Made by a program: the position numbers and the translations under genes
Shown: in pieces, positions 20,555 to 28,666 of the stretch
Numbering within the stretch: the first letter of the stretch is position 1
Layout: the number at the start of each line of letters is the position of its first letter
Notes under the pieces: generated by a model
Seen by the model: the letters and a program-made list of their open reading frames with translations, nothing else
What the model was told of the DNA's origin: nothing
Databases searched by the model: none
Origin: Candidatus Omnitrophota bacterium
Lineage (GTDB): Bacteria > Omnitrophota > Gorgyraeia > Gygaellales > Profunditerraquicolaceae
Assembly (NCBI GenBank): GCA_028715415.1
Contig: JAQURX010000012.1
Location: 1 to 62,536 of the forward strand
Length of the DNA stretch: 62,536 bases
Direction of reading: 5' to 3'

Positions 20555-21781
20555 TTACCTTTCTAAAACAGAGATCAGCTTATCAGTAATAACATTGATA
20601 TCTCTATCGGTTAGAAATAAGCTTGTGGAAAGAGTGATGTGGTTTTTTGCGATAAGCTTGGCATTAGGACAGGGTGTTTCTTCAATTATATTTTTTAAAT
20701 AGTCATATTCTGTTATTGCAGATAGATAAATCTGGGAAGCTCCAAGCCCGGAATCGTTAAATTCTTTCTTTGCTGCAATACATTTTTCAGGGTTGCTGAA
20801 GATTATAGCCAGAAAAGGATAACTTGCCTGTGTGTCGTATGGCTCAGTAATAATTTTTATATCACCTCTTGCCCCTAATTTCTCAATATACCTTAATGCT
20901 ATTGCTCTTTGTTGGAGAGTTTTTTTCTCTATTTCTTTAAAACAGGAATGCCCGACAGCCCTTCTAAATTTTGAAACATTATGGATCGGGAAGTTGGTAT
21001 CAAAATATTCAATCATTGCCTTTTCTTTATTGCCAAGCATTTCCCAAAATTTCTGAGGGAAAGAGAAGATAAACCAGAAGAGAAGGGGGCGGTAGAAAAT
21101 CCAGTATCCAAATAACTCTATAATCTTAAGGCCTTCTGAAAAGTAGTTGTTCTTCCCGAAAATAAAGACAGTGTCTTTTAATAATTCCCGGTATCCCTGG
21201 ATTTTAGAGGCAAGGATTCCTCCTTCGTAGATAGTTAATCCTTTACCGCGGCAAAGGCTAAAGAATGAGAATTCGCCAAGCGTACCGACTTTTTGTCTAT
21301 GGTAAGTTGCTCCTTGGGCCTGCGCGCAGTCTTCAATAATGGATATCTCTTTATCTTTTATTAATTCTTTAATTGCATCAATGTTAAGGGGAATTCCTGC
21401 TAAATGCACTGCTACAATCGCTGCAATATCGGTATTCTCCGTGCAAAGTTTTTGCAATCTGATAAGATCAAAATTAAAATTATCCTTTTGGATATCGCAA
21501 ACAATTACTTTAAGCCCTGCGCGGGCAATGGCAAGGGGGATAAGGGGGCAGATGAAGGCAGGGATAACCACGGATTTTTTTGAAGAAATTCTTTTTAAGG
21601 CTTCCAAGATAAAATAAAAAGCAGCTGTCCCGGAATAGGTTGTGCTGGAAAAGGAAAAGTTAAAGTAATCTTTGAAATCCTCTTCTAGTAATCTCCTATG
21701 CTTATCAAAAAAAGGAGACAGAAGGTCTTTAATGTGCAGCGGGAATCCGGCGGTAGGGGGAATTTCTCTAAATATACTCAT
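20555..21781 (-). CDS. DegT/DnrJ/EryC1/StrS-family (ArnB-like) sugar aminotransferase
   Basis: IIEDCAQAQGATY..VGTLGEFSFFSLCRGKGLT is typical of DegT-family enzymes. Confidence 0.8.
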   Translation of the reverse strand: MSIFREIPPTAGFPLHIKDLLSPFFDKHRRLLEEDFKDYFNFSFSSTTYSGTAAFYFILEALKRISSKKSVVIPAFICPLIPLAIARAGLKVIVCDIQKDNFNFDLIRLQKLCTENTDIAAIVAVHLAGIPLNIDAIKELIKDKEISIIEDCAQAQGATYHRQKVGTLGEFSFFSLCRGKGLTIYEGGILASKIQGYRELLKDTVFIFGKNNYFSEGLKIIELFGYWIFYRPLLFWFIFSFPQKFWEMLGNKEKAMIEYFDTNFPIHNVSKFRRAVGHSCFKEIEKKTLQQRAIALRYIEKLGARGDIKIITEPYDTQASYPFLAIIFSNPEKCIAAKKEFNDSGLGASQIYLSAITEYDYLKNIIEETPCPNAKLIAKNHITLSTSLFLTDRDINVITDKLISVLER

Positions 21782-21834
21782 TTTTATTATTTGTTAAAGA
21801 AGAAAATCTTTTATTTAAACTTATCTACATTTTA

Positions 21835-21843
21835 TGATAGAAT
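21835..21843 (+). promoter_or_regulatory. Extended -10 promoter element TGATAGAAT
   Basis: Lies 48 nt upstream of the ATG at 21891. The same 15-mer, TGATAGAATACATTA, occurs at 12121..12135. Confidence 0.45.
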
Positions 21844-21890
21844 ACATTATCTTTCAAGGTTATAAATTAAAATTTAAAGGATAAGCCAAT

Positions 21891-22301
21891 ATGCCTAAGG
21901 GCAAGTTAACTTTAAAAATAATCCTATTTCTGATTTTTTCGGATTTGCTGGAAACCTTTACTCAGTTTTGTTTTAAAAAAAGCGCTTTGTCCGGAATAAG
22001 CCCTGACATAAAAGACTTATCCGCGATTTTTTTGTTTATAAAGACTGCCGCCTTTTCTCCATTTTTGTGGATGGCATTGGTTTCGGTATTCATAACGCTT
22101 ATTGTCTGGTCAACTATCCTTTCTAAAATAGACTTAAGCGTTGCAGTACCTGTAGCAAGTTCTAGCTACATTCTCATTCCTTTGGTTTCAATAATCTTTC
22201 TACATGAAAAGATAAGTTTGTTTAGGTGGTCAGGGATTATCTTTATTCTTATTGGAGTAATTTTTGTTTCATTGAGCACAAAAAAGAAGGAAACTATTTA
22301 A
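21891..22301 (+). CDS. Small 4-TM DMT/EamA-like protein, ArnE/ArnF-like flippase subunit
   Basis: 136 aa with about 4 TM segments, paired with a second small 4-TM gene 1 nt downstream. Confidence 0.5.
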   Translation: MPKGKLTLKIILFLIFSDLLETFTQFCFKKSALSGISPDIKDLSAIFLFIKTAAFSPFLWMALVSVFITLIVWSTILSKIDLSVAVPVASSSYILIPLVSIIFLHEKISLFRWSGIIFILIGVIFVSLSTKKKETI

Positions 22302-22302
22302 A

Positions 22303-22686
22303 ATGAAAAACGGCCTTTTTATCGTTCTATTATTAATTACGTTAACTAGTATTTGTGATACGTTCAGCCAATTGTGTTTGAAGTCTTCAATAAACTCCCT
22401 TAATTTTTCTGTGGGAAGCAGTATTGTAAAAATCTTTAAGTTGGTTTTCAAAATAATCAGGATTCCTCGTGTTTGGATAGGGTTCTCGTTTAGCACCTTG
22501 TCGGTATGTATATGGTTATTGGTCCTTTCAAAGGCAGACCTCAATTTCGCTTTTTCCGCAGACAGCATGCACTATATTTTTATCGCACTCGCCTCAAGCA
22601 TATTCCTAAAAGAAAAAGTTGGATTTAAGCGTTGGGTAGGAACAATTTTTATTGTGTTGGGAATTGTGATTATAAGTGTAAGTTAG
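22303..22686 (+). CDS. Small 4-TM DMT/EamA-like protein, ArnE/ArnF-like flippase subunit
   Basis: 127 aa with about 4 TM segments. It appears to be a tandem paralogue of 21891..22301. Confidence 0.5.
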   Translation: MKNGLFIVLLLITLTSICDTFSQLCLKSSINSLNFSVGSSIVKIFKLVFKIIRIPRVWIGFSFSTLSVCIWLLVLSKADLNFAFSADSMHYIFIALASSIFLKEKVGFKRWVGTIFIVLGIVIISVS

Positions 22687-23396
22687 AACTGGTAAGAAAC
22701 CCCGACTAACCCAAAAGCAGTATTAATACCCGAATTTGGGTCTCCGATGCTGGCATTGGAAAGATGACGGTAACGGCCTTCTATAGTTAACGCCGTATTT
22801 TTAGCAAAGAAATAATGAACTCCTATCCCGCCGTATTCAATAAAATTAAATTGTGTTCCTTGTTCTACGGTGTGTAATGTCATATAAGACATCCCTGCCC
22901 CGATTTTAAGGTAAGGTTGGATTTTTGAAGTTTCAGGCAATACTCCCCATTTGAATGCCAATAAACCTGAACCAAGCTCAACATTTGATTTAGGAGAAAA
23001 TATAAATGAAGCATAAGGCTCAAGCTGGAATTGCAAAAGCCCGGGAGGATTGATGTGAATTTTTCTCGTGATGGGTTTTAAATCAAAATTAAAATCAACT
23101 ACAAAAGGGATTAGATTATAATTACGTGTAGTGCGAAGTTTCCCCCAGCCGAAGCCGGTTAAGAATTCTACTCCATCCAAAATTTTACATTTCCCTTCTT
23201 CAGGAGCAACTGCTTTGGGGGTAGCTACTTCAGGGGCAGTTGCTAAAGTAGCGACTGCCTCAGGAGGAACTGTTTCTGAAACAACCTCAGGAGCAATGTT
23301 TTCAGCTTTGGGGTTTGTTTCTTCTGCTGCAGCAAGATTAAGGAAAGCACAAGTTGTTATTGTTAAAGCTATTAGAAGAATCTGTGTTTTCTTCAT
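22683..23396 (-). CDS. Outer-membrane beta-barrel, PagL-like lipid A deacylase / acyloxyacyl hydrolase family
   Basis: Has a signal peptide and the HLSNAS (HxSN) catalytic-type motif near the C-terminus. The terminal sequence GVSYQF ends in an aromatic residue. The N-terminus has a PEV/PEA-rich repeat linker. Confidence 0.6.
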   Translation of the reverse strand: MKKTQILLIALTITTCAFLNLAAAEETNPKAENIAPEVVSETVPPEAVATLATAPEVATPKAVAPEEGKCKILDGVEFLTGFGWGKLRTTRNYNLIPFVVDFNFDLKPITRKIHINPPGLLQFQLEPYASFIFSPKSNVELGSGLLAFKWGVLPETSKIQPYLKIGAGMSYMTLHTVEQGTQFNFIEYGGIGVHYFFAKNTALTIEGRYRHLSNASIGDPNSGINTAFGLVGVSYQF

Positions 23397-23452
23397 ATAA
23401 AGGAATTATATTAAAAATAAAAAAAAATGCAAGATTTATTTTAAGAATTTTG

Positions 23453-23461
23453 TGGTAGAAT
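23453..23461 (+). promoter_or_regulatory. Extended -10 element TGGTAGAAT upstream of copA
   Basis: It ends 8 nt before the copA ATG, and no SD lies between them. Confidence 0.4.
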
Positions 23462-23469
23462 AATAACAG

Positions 23470-25644
23470 ATGAGCGAAAGATTAGTTTTAAATATTTCTG
23501 GGATGCACTGTGCATCCTGCGCACTTAATATAGAAGAGGCCTTAGAAAATGCAGAAGGCGTTGTTAGCGCTCAGGTTAATTTTGCATTAAATAAAGCATA
23601 CATAGAGTTTGAGCCCGAGAAATTAAAAGCAGAAAAAATCATTTCCATTATTTCTTCCTCAGGTTACAAGGCAAGAATCCCATCAAAATCATTTGATAAA
23701 GAAAAAGAAATACGAGACAAAGAATTAAAAGCGCAGAAAATAAAATTTATCACTGCATTTGTTTTTTCTGCAGCATTAATGTTTATCCCATCTTCGCAAA
23801 CCTTTTTGCAATTTCTCTTTGCAACTATTGTTTTATTCTGCGGCAGGGAATTCTTCGTGCGCGGCTTTCTTGCGGTTTGGAAGAATCATCGCTCTGGGAT
23901 GGATACACTTGTTTCTTTAGGAGTTGGGAGTGCTTACCTATATAGCTTATCCATAAGCATATTTGGGCAACAGCATAACAAGGGGCATCTTTATTATGAG
24001 ACAGCGGCATTTCTTCTTAGTTTTATTTTGTTGGGAAAATACCTTGAAGCATTAAGCAAGTCTAAAACCTCCGAAGCCATAAAGAAACTTTGGGATTTAA
24101 GGCCTAAGATCGCATTTTTAGTCCGTGATGGAAAAGTAGTTGAGATTTCAGCCAGTGATCTGGTTGAAAATGATATTATCCTGGTTAAGCCCGGAGAAAG
24201 GATACCGGTTGACGGAATTATTGTTGAAGGGCATTCCAGCGTAGATGAATCAATGATTTCCGGAGAAAGCGTCCCGGTTGAAAAAGTAATCAAAGATAGT
24301 GTAATCGGAGGCACAATAAATAAAAGCGGTTCTTTTAAGTTTAGGGCAACGAAAGTCGGTTTTGATACTGTTTTAGCGCAGATTATTAAGCTTGTTGAAG
24401 AGGCACAAGGTTCCAAGGCCCCTATCCAAGTAATGGCGGATAAAGTTTCAGCTTATTTTGTTCCGGGTGTTTTATTAATAGGTATTGCAACATTCGCTCT
24501 CTGGTTCTTTTTAGGCTTTGGTTTTATTTTCGCACTTACGAATTTTATCTCCGTATTGATTATTGCCTGTCCTTGTGCGTTGGGGCTTGCAACTCCAACT
24601 GCGGTTGTAGTTGCAACTGGCATAGGGGCAAAGAATGGAATTTTAATCAAGAATGCCAAAAGCTTGGAGGTTGCCCATAAGATTAACACGGTTGTTTTTG
24701 ATAAGACTGGGACATTGACTAAAGGCAAGCCTTCAGTAACCGATGTAATTAGTTTGGATTTTCGTGATGCCAGGGAAGTTTTAACTTATGCTGCGATTGC
24801 CGAAAAACATTCTGAACATCCGTTGGCAGAAGCGGTTCTAAAGGCGGCGGAAGAAGAAAAGCTGGAAATCCCCGAGCCCGAGGGTTTCAATTCTCTGACC
24901 GGAAAAGGAGTTATCGCAAGATACAAAAACGAGATTATTCTTTTGGGGAATAGGAGGTTATTCTTTGAAAGGAAAGTGGACATTTCTGGAATTGAAGAAA
25001 AGCTGGTTGCTTTGGAAAGCCAGTCTAAAACAGCAATGGTCGTTGTATATAAGGATCAGATTCTGGGTATCCTTGGCGTCAGGGATACTTTAAAGGAATT
25101 TTCTAAGGAAGCAGTTGCGTCGTTGAAAGGTTTAGGGAAAAACGTTTTAATGATTACCGGGGATAATAAGACTACTGCGGAAGCCATAGCCAAAGAGCTT
25201 AATATAGAAAGAGTCCTCGCAGAGGTTTTGCCGCAGGATAAGTCAACACAGATAAAGAAACTGCAGGAAGAAGGCTTGGTTGTTGCTATGGTTGGAGACG
25301 GTATTAATGACGCTCCGGCTTTAGCGCAGGCCGATATAGGCCTTGCAATTGGTGCGGGAACCGATGTGGCAATGGAATCAGCAGATATAGTTTTAGTGAA
25401 AGATGATTTAAGGGATGTTGTTATGGCAATGGATTTATCCCGTTACGCGATAAAAAAAATTAAGCAGAATTTATTCTGGGCGTTTTTTTATAATGTAATT
25501 AGTATCCCGATTGCAGCAGGCCTGTTGTATCCTTTCTTTAAGTTACAGTTAAATCCTGCGATTGCTGGCCTTGCAATGGCTTTTAGTTCGGTGTCAGTGG
25601 TTGGTAATTCGCTTTTGATGAAAAGATACAGAAGAAAAATATAA
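23470..25644 (+). CDS. copA: Copper-translocating P1B-type ATPase
   Basis: Carries the HMA motif GMHCASCA, the CPC motif in ACPCALGLATP, DKTGTLT and GDGINDAP. Confidence 0.9.
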   Translation: MSERLVLNISGMHCASCALNIEEALENAEGVVSAQVNFALNKAYIEFEPEKLKAEKIISIISSSGYKARIPSKSFDKEKEIRDKELKAQKIKFITAFVFSAALMFIPSSQTFLQFLFATIVLFCGREFFVRGFLAVWKNHRSGMDTLVSLGVGSAYLYSLSISIFGQQHNKGHLYYETAAFLLSFILLGKYLEALSKSKTSEAIKKLWDLRPKIAFLVRDGKVVEISASDLVENDIILVKPGERIPVDGIIVEGHSSVDESMISGESVPVEKVIKDSVIGGTINKSGSFKFRATKVGFDTVLAQIIKLVEEAQGSKAPIQVMADKVSAYFVPGVLLIGIATFALWFFLGFGFIFALTNFISVLIIACPCALGLATPTAVVVATGIGAKNGILIKNAKSLEVAHKINTVVFDKTGTLTKGKPSVTDVISLDFRDAREVLTYAAIAEKHSEHPLAEAVLKAAEEEKLEIPEPEGFNSLTGKGVIARYKNEIILLGNRRLFFERKVDISGIEEKLVALESQSKTAMVVVYKDQILGILGVRDTLKEFSKEAVASLKGLGKNVLMITGDNKTTAEAIAKELNIERVLAEVLPQDKSTQIKKLQEEGLVVAMVGDGINDAPALAQADIGLAIGAGTDVAMESADIVLVKDDLRDVVMAMDLSRYAIKKIKQNLFWAFFYNVISIPIAAGLLYPFFKLQLNPAIAGLAMAFSSVSVVGNSLLMKRYRRKI

Positions 25645-25666
25645 ATAAAAAGGAGAAAACTTAATA

Positions 25667-26401
25667 ATGCTTAAGAATATTTCTCTAAAAACACAGTTAA
25701 TCCTGTTTTTAAGTTTCTTTGCTATCTATCTTGCTATCCAACAAAATGATTTTCTGTTCCTTCTAACTTTATTTATTGCCGTAATTTCTTGCGTTGGTTT
25801 AGAATTGATTTTTTCCTACTTTAAAAACAAGAAATTCTCGTTTAGTGAGAGCGCGGTAATATCCGGTTTAATTATTGCTTTTGTTGTTGATTCTGAAGAG
25901 CCGCTCTGGGTATTTATCTTAATTCCATTCCTTGCGATTATTTCTAAATATTTGTTTAGGATAAAAGGAAGGCATGTTTTTAATCCTGCTGCATTCGGAA
26001 TCTTTCTGGCAAGCGTTGCATTTGGAGTTACTACGCAATGGAGAGGGACTTATTTATGGTACATTTTAGCTCCTTTTGGCATATATTTTATCTATAAGAT
26101 TAGAAAACTCGAGATCATAATTAGTTATGGCATTACTGCTCTGTTGCTCTTTGGTTTTTCGGCCTTAAGGCAGAATATCCCTCTGGTGCATATTTTTGGA
26201 TACTTAAGTTATTTTTTTATTTTCATTATGCTTATTGAGCCAAAGACTACGCCGGTTAAATTTAAAGGAAAAGTTATTTTTGGAAGTGCTGTTGCATTAT
26301 TAATCTTCATCCTGACAAGTACAGGTGTCAGGTTTGACGCTGAACTTTGCGCATTGTTAGTTTTGAATATAACGGTACCTTTGTTAAATAAAATACCATA
26401 A
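25667..26401 (+). CDS. Polytopic membrane protein with an NqrB/RnfD-like HVFNPAAFG motif
   Basis: About 8 TM segments. GRHVFNPAAFGIF resembles the conserved NqrB/RnfD segment, but the protein is much shorter than RnfD. Confidence 0.4.
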   Translation: MLKNISLKTQLILFLSFFAIYLAIQQNDFLFLLTLFIAVISCVGLELIFSYFKNKKFSFSESAVISGLIIAFVVDSEEPLWVFILIPFLAIISKYLFRIKGRHVFNPAAFGIFLASVAFGVTTQWRGTYLWYILAPFGIYFIYKIRKLEIIISYGITALLLFGFSALRQNIPLVHIFGYLSYFFIFIMLIEPKTTPVKFKGKVIFGSAVALLIFILTSTGVRFDAELCALLVLNITVPLLNKIP

Positions 26402-26411
26402 CAGGAGGGGA

Positions 26412-26759
26412 ATGATGAATAGGGTAATTTTGGGCGTTTTATTTATTCTTGTGTTTGGTTTTTCTTTGGCTTTTGCGCATCCGCCATCAGACATTATCAT
26501 TACTTTTGATCCGGCAACTAAAATCCTAAAAGCAGTAATTATGCATGATGTTTTGGATCCAAAAAACCATTTTATCAAAAAAGTTGATGTTGGAAAAAAC
26601 GGCAAGGAAATTTTAAGCCAGCAACTCTCAAGGCAGGATAATACCGATAGCCAAACCGTGAGTTATTTAATCCCCGATGCAAATATTTCTGATGTTTTAT
26701 CGGTTGAAGCATATTGCAGTATCAGTGGAAAACTGGAGAAAGAAATCAAGGTAGAATAA
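26412..26759 (+). CDS. Small secreted protein with two His-containing motifs
   Basis: The signal peptide ends at SLAFA. The mature protein begins HPPSDIIITFD and contains VIMHDVLDPKNHFIKKVDV. I recognised no family. Confidence 0.4.
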   Translation: MMNRVILGVLFILVFGFSLAFAHPPSDIIITFDPATKILKAVIMHDVLDPKNHFIKKVDVGKNGKEILSQQLSRQDNTDSQTVSYLIPDANISDVLSVEAYCSISGKLEKEIKVE

Positions 26760-26826
26760 TAACCTTGATTTGTCTTTTGAATAAATTTATAATAAAGACA
26801 ATATCCAAATTAAAACTGGAGGGTAA

Positions 26827-27243
26827 ATGAAAAAATTTCTGGAATCATTTAATCCGATTGCCTGCTTTCTTATCGTGCCTTTGATTTTATTGGGTGTTCC
26901 TTTCCCATGTTTTGCCCAGGAAGATGTAACTGTTACCACTTATTATCCTTCTCCCACAGGAAATTTTACTAATTTAACCGCTACCAATTTACGCGCCACC
27001 AATATCACCGCAGACAGTATCATTGTAAATAACCAATTAATTGTTAATGGCAGAGATATAGGCCAGAGCATAAATGATCTTATCGCATATGACAATGTAT
27101 TATATTGGAATCAGCAGGGGCAGAGTATCAGTATGGGGCTTATTTGTGTAGCTGTTGCTGCCGGGCCATTGGGATGGGCTATGGCTGCTGGAATGATTGC
27201 TAGCGTTGCGCTGTTGGTAACCTTGCCTCTGCCGCCGCAATAA
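26827..27243 (+). CDS. Secreted protein with a C-terminal hydrophobic anchor
   Basis: Has a GGAGGG SD, a signal peptide ending at CFAQ, a TTYYPSPTGNFTNLTATNL segment and a C-terminal TM-like stretch. Confidence 0.4.
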   Translation: MKKFLESFNPIACFLIVPLILLGVPFPCFAQEDVTVTTYYPSPTGNFTNLTATNLRATNITADSIIVNNQLIVNGRDIGQSINDLIAYDNVLYWNQQGQSISMGLICVAVAAGPLGWAMAAGMIASVALLVTLPLPPQ

Positions 27244-27276
27244 TAAATATTAAATTTTCATAAATCAGGAGGATGA

Positions 27277-28047
27277 ATGGAAAAGCGACCTTTTATTATT
27301 TGTATTCTTTCTTTTGCCATGTCTTTATACGTTTTTTCTTATGCGTTGGCAGAACCGGAATCAGCGCTTCGTTTGAAAAAGATGTATAATATTCAGGATA
27401 ATGAGATTTCCGGTTTCCTTGAAAAAAACAAAATAAGCAACCCAAAGTCTTATGAATATTTTATGGGTTTAAAGAAAGACAACCCTGAACTTTATTTTTC
27501 AAGTATTATAATGGCGGTAGCGGCTTCTCGTTTGCCTGATATCCAAAAGAAAACAGCAACGTTAGGCAGTAATTTTGAAGACTACAAGAGATTGTTAAAT
27601 ATCCCAGATGAAGAGATTGAAAAATTCTTGATTAAACTCTCAAAGGAAAACCCGAAAGTTTATACAGAGTTAGTTGCTTTAAAGAGCAGAGATGTAAAAG
27701 CTTACAATAATGCATTGCTTGGAGCGTTAACGCAAGAGCGACTAAAAAGCTTGAAAAGCGCTTCCGTTGATATCTTTAGCGAAATTTCAAATATTGGTTT
27801 TCAAATTGAAGATGAGCGCAAAGCTTATTTCAACGCAAAGAGCAAGAATGAAAAAGAACTTATCATTAATAAGTTACGCAGGCTTTTAGTAAAACAGCAG
27901 GACTTATACGCGGAAAACGCAGAAATGCAGCTTAAAAGGATTAAATTACAATTAGAGGCGGCAGAAAAAGCAAAAAATGAGGCTATCGCAAAAAAAGAAA
28001 AAATTGTAGAAGATGAAATAAACCGGCTTATAAAAAGCGGGTCGTAG
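27277..28047 (+). CDS. Secreted alpha-helical protein with an internal duplication
   Basis: Has an AGGAGGA SD and a signal peptide. The two repeat copies are NIQDNEISGFLEKNKISNPKSYEYFMGLKKDNPELY and NIPDEEIEKFLIKLSKENPKVYTELVALKSRDVKAY. Confidence 0.45.
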   Translation: MEKRPFIICILSFAMSLYVFSYALAEPESALRLKKMYNIQDNEISGFLEKNKISNPKSYEYFMGLKKDNPELYFSSIIMAVAASRLPDIQKKTATLGSNFEDYKRLLNIPDEEIEKFLIKLSKENPKVYTELVALKSRDVKAYNNALLGALTQERLKSLKSASVDIFSEISNIGFQIEDERKAYFNAKSKNEKELIINKLRRLLVKQQDLYAENAEMQLKRIKLQLEAAEKAKNEAIAKKEKIVEDEINRLIKSGS

Positions 28048-28052
28048 GTTCG

Positions 28053-28087
28053 TTCCCTCTTTATTGATAATAGAGAGGGAATTTTTT
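28053..28087 (+). terminator. Rho-independent terminator
   Basis: TTCCCTCT..AGAGGGAA forms an 8-bp stem followed by T6. Confidence 0.75.
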
Positions 28088-28088
28088 C

Positions 28089-28117
28089 TTGACAAATGAT
28101 ACTGTTATGGTATCATT
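28089..28117 (+). promoter_or_regulatory. Promoter (TTGACA-16-TATCAT with TGn extension) overlapped by an operator-like inverted repeat
   Basis: TTGACA lies at 28089..28094 and TGGTATCAT at 28108..28116. A perfect inverted repeat, AATGATAC-N7-GTATCATT, spans 28095..28117. Confidence 0.55.
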
Positions 28118-28138
28118 TATATATGAAAGGAGGCTTGT

Positions 28139-28222
28139 ATGGATATAACTATTAAATTCATGCTTCGTCCGGTTGCTCATTGCAAAGAGGGCTGCAGTAA
28201 CTTGTCCTGGGCAAGACGATAA
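28139..28222 (+). CDS. 27-aa micro-ORF upstream of the Rrf2 regulator
   Basis: Translates to MDITIKFMLRPVAHCKEGCSNLSWARR. A strong AAAGGAGG SD sits 5 nt upstream of the ATG. Confidence 0.3.
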   Translation: MDITIKFMLRPVAHCKEGCSNLSWARR

Positions 28223-28261
28223 ACTGCCCCCGCGTATTCATTCTAAAATATTGGAGAAAAA

Positions 28262-28666
28262 ATGAAATTAATTACCCGCGACACGGATTATGCTTTAAGG
28301 GCAGTTTGTTTTATCGAAAAAAATAGCAATAAACTAGTTACGGTCCCTGAGTTAGTTCAGGCCATCAGGATCCCAAGGCCATTTTTACGGAAGATACTTC
28401 AAACCTTGACAAAGAAAAGAATTCTTAAATCCTATAAGGGAGCTGGAGGGGGGTTTGAATTGGCATTGCCACCAAATAAAATATCTTTAATCGCCTTGAT
28501 TAAGATTTTTCAAGGTTCTTTAAAATTAAATGAGTGTTTCTTAAGAAAGAAAGCATGCCCTAATCAGAAGACTTGTGCTTTAAAGAAAAAGATTGATAAA
28601 ATTGAAGGTTTGGTTGTTAGAGAGTTAAGTTCAATTACCATAGGCAGTTTGCTTAAGGGAGAGTAA
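28262..28666 (+). CDS. Rrf2-family transcriptional regulator (NsrR/IscR-like, three-Cys cluster motif)
   Basis: Has an N-terminal wHTH (TRDTDYALRAV) and the motif C-x7-C-x5-C (CFLRKKACPNQKTC). Confidence 0.85.
   Translation: MKLITRDTDYALRAVCFIEKNSNKLVTVPELVQAIRIPRPFLRKILQTLTKKRILKSYKGAGGGFELALPPNKISLIALIKIFQGSLKLNECFLRKKACPNQKTCALKKKIDKIEGLVVRELSSITIGSLLKGE

Noticed and set aside
12121-21849. The identical 15-mer TGATAGAATACATTA at two loci, considered as a dispersed repeat or mobile-element end.
   Set aside because: There is only one copy at each site, with no flanking inverted or direct repeats. Both copies sit at promoter distance from a start codon and contain an extended -10 box. A 15-mer match is also not very improbable in 62 kb of AT-rich DNA.
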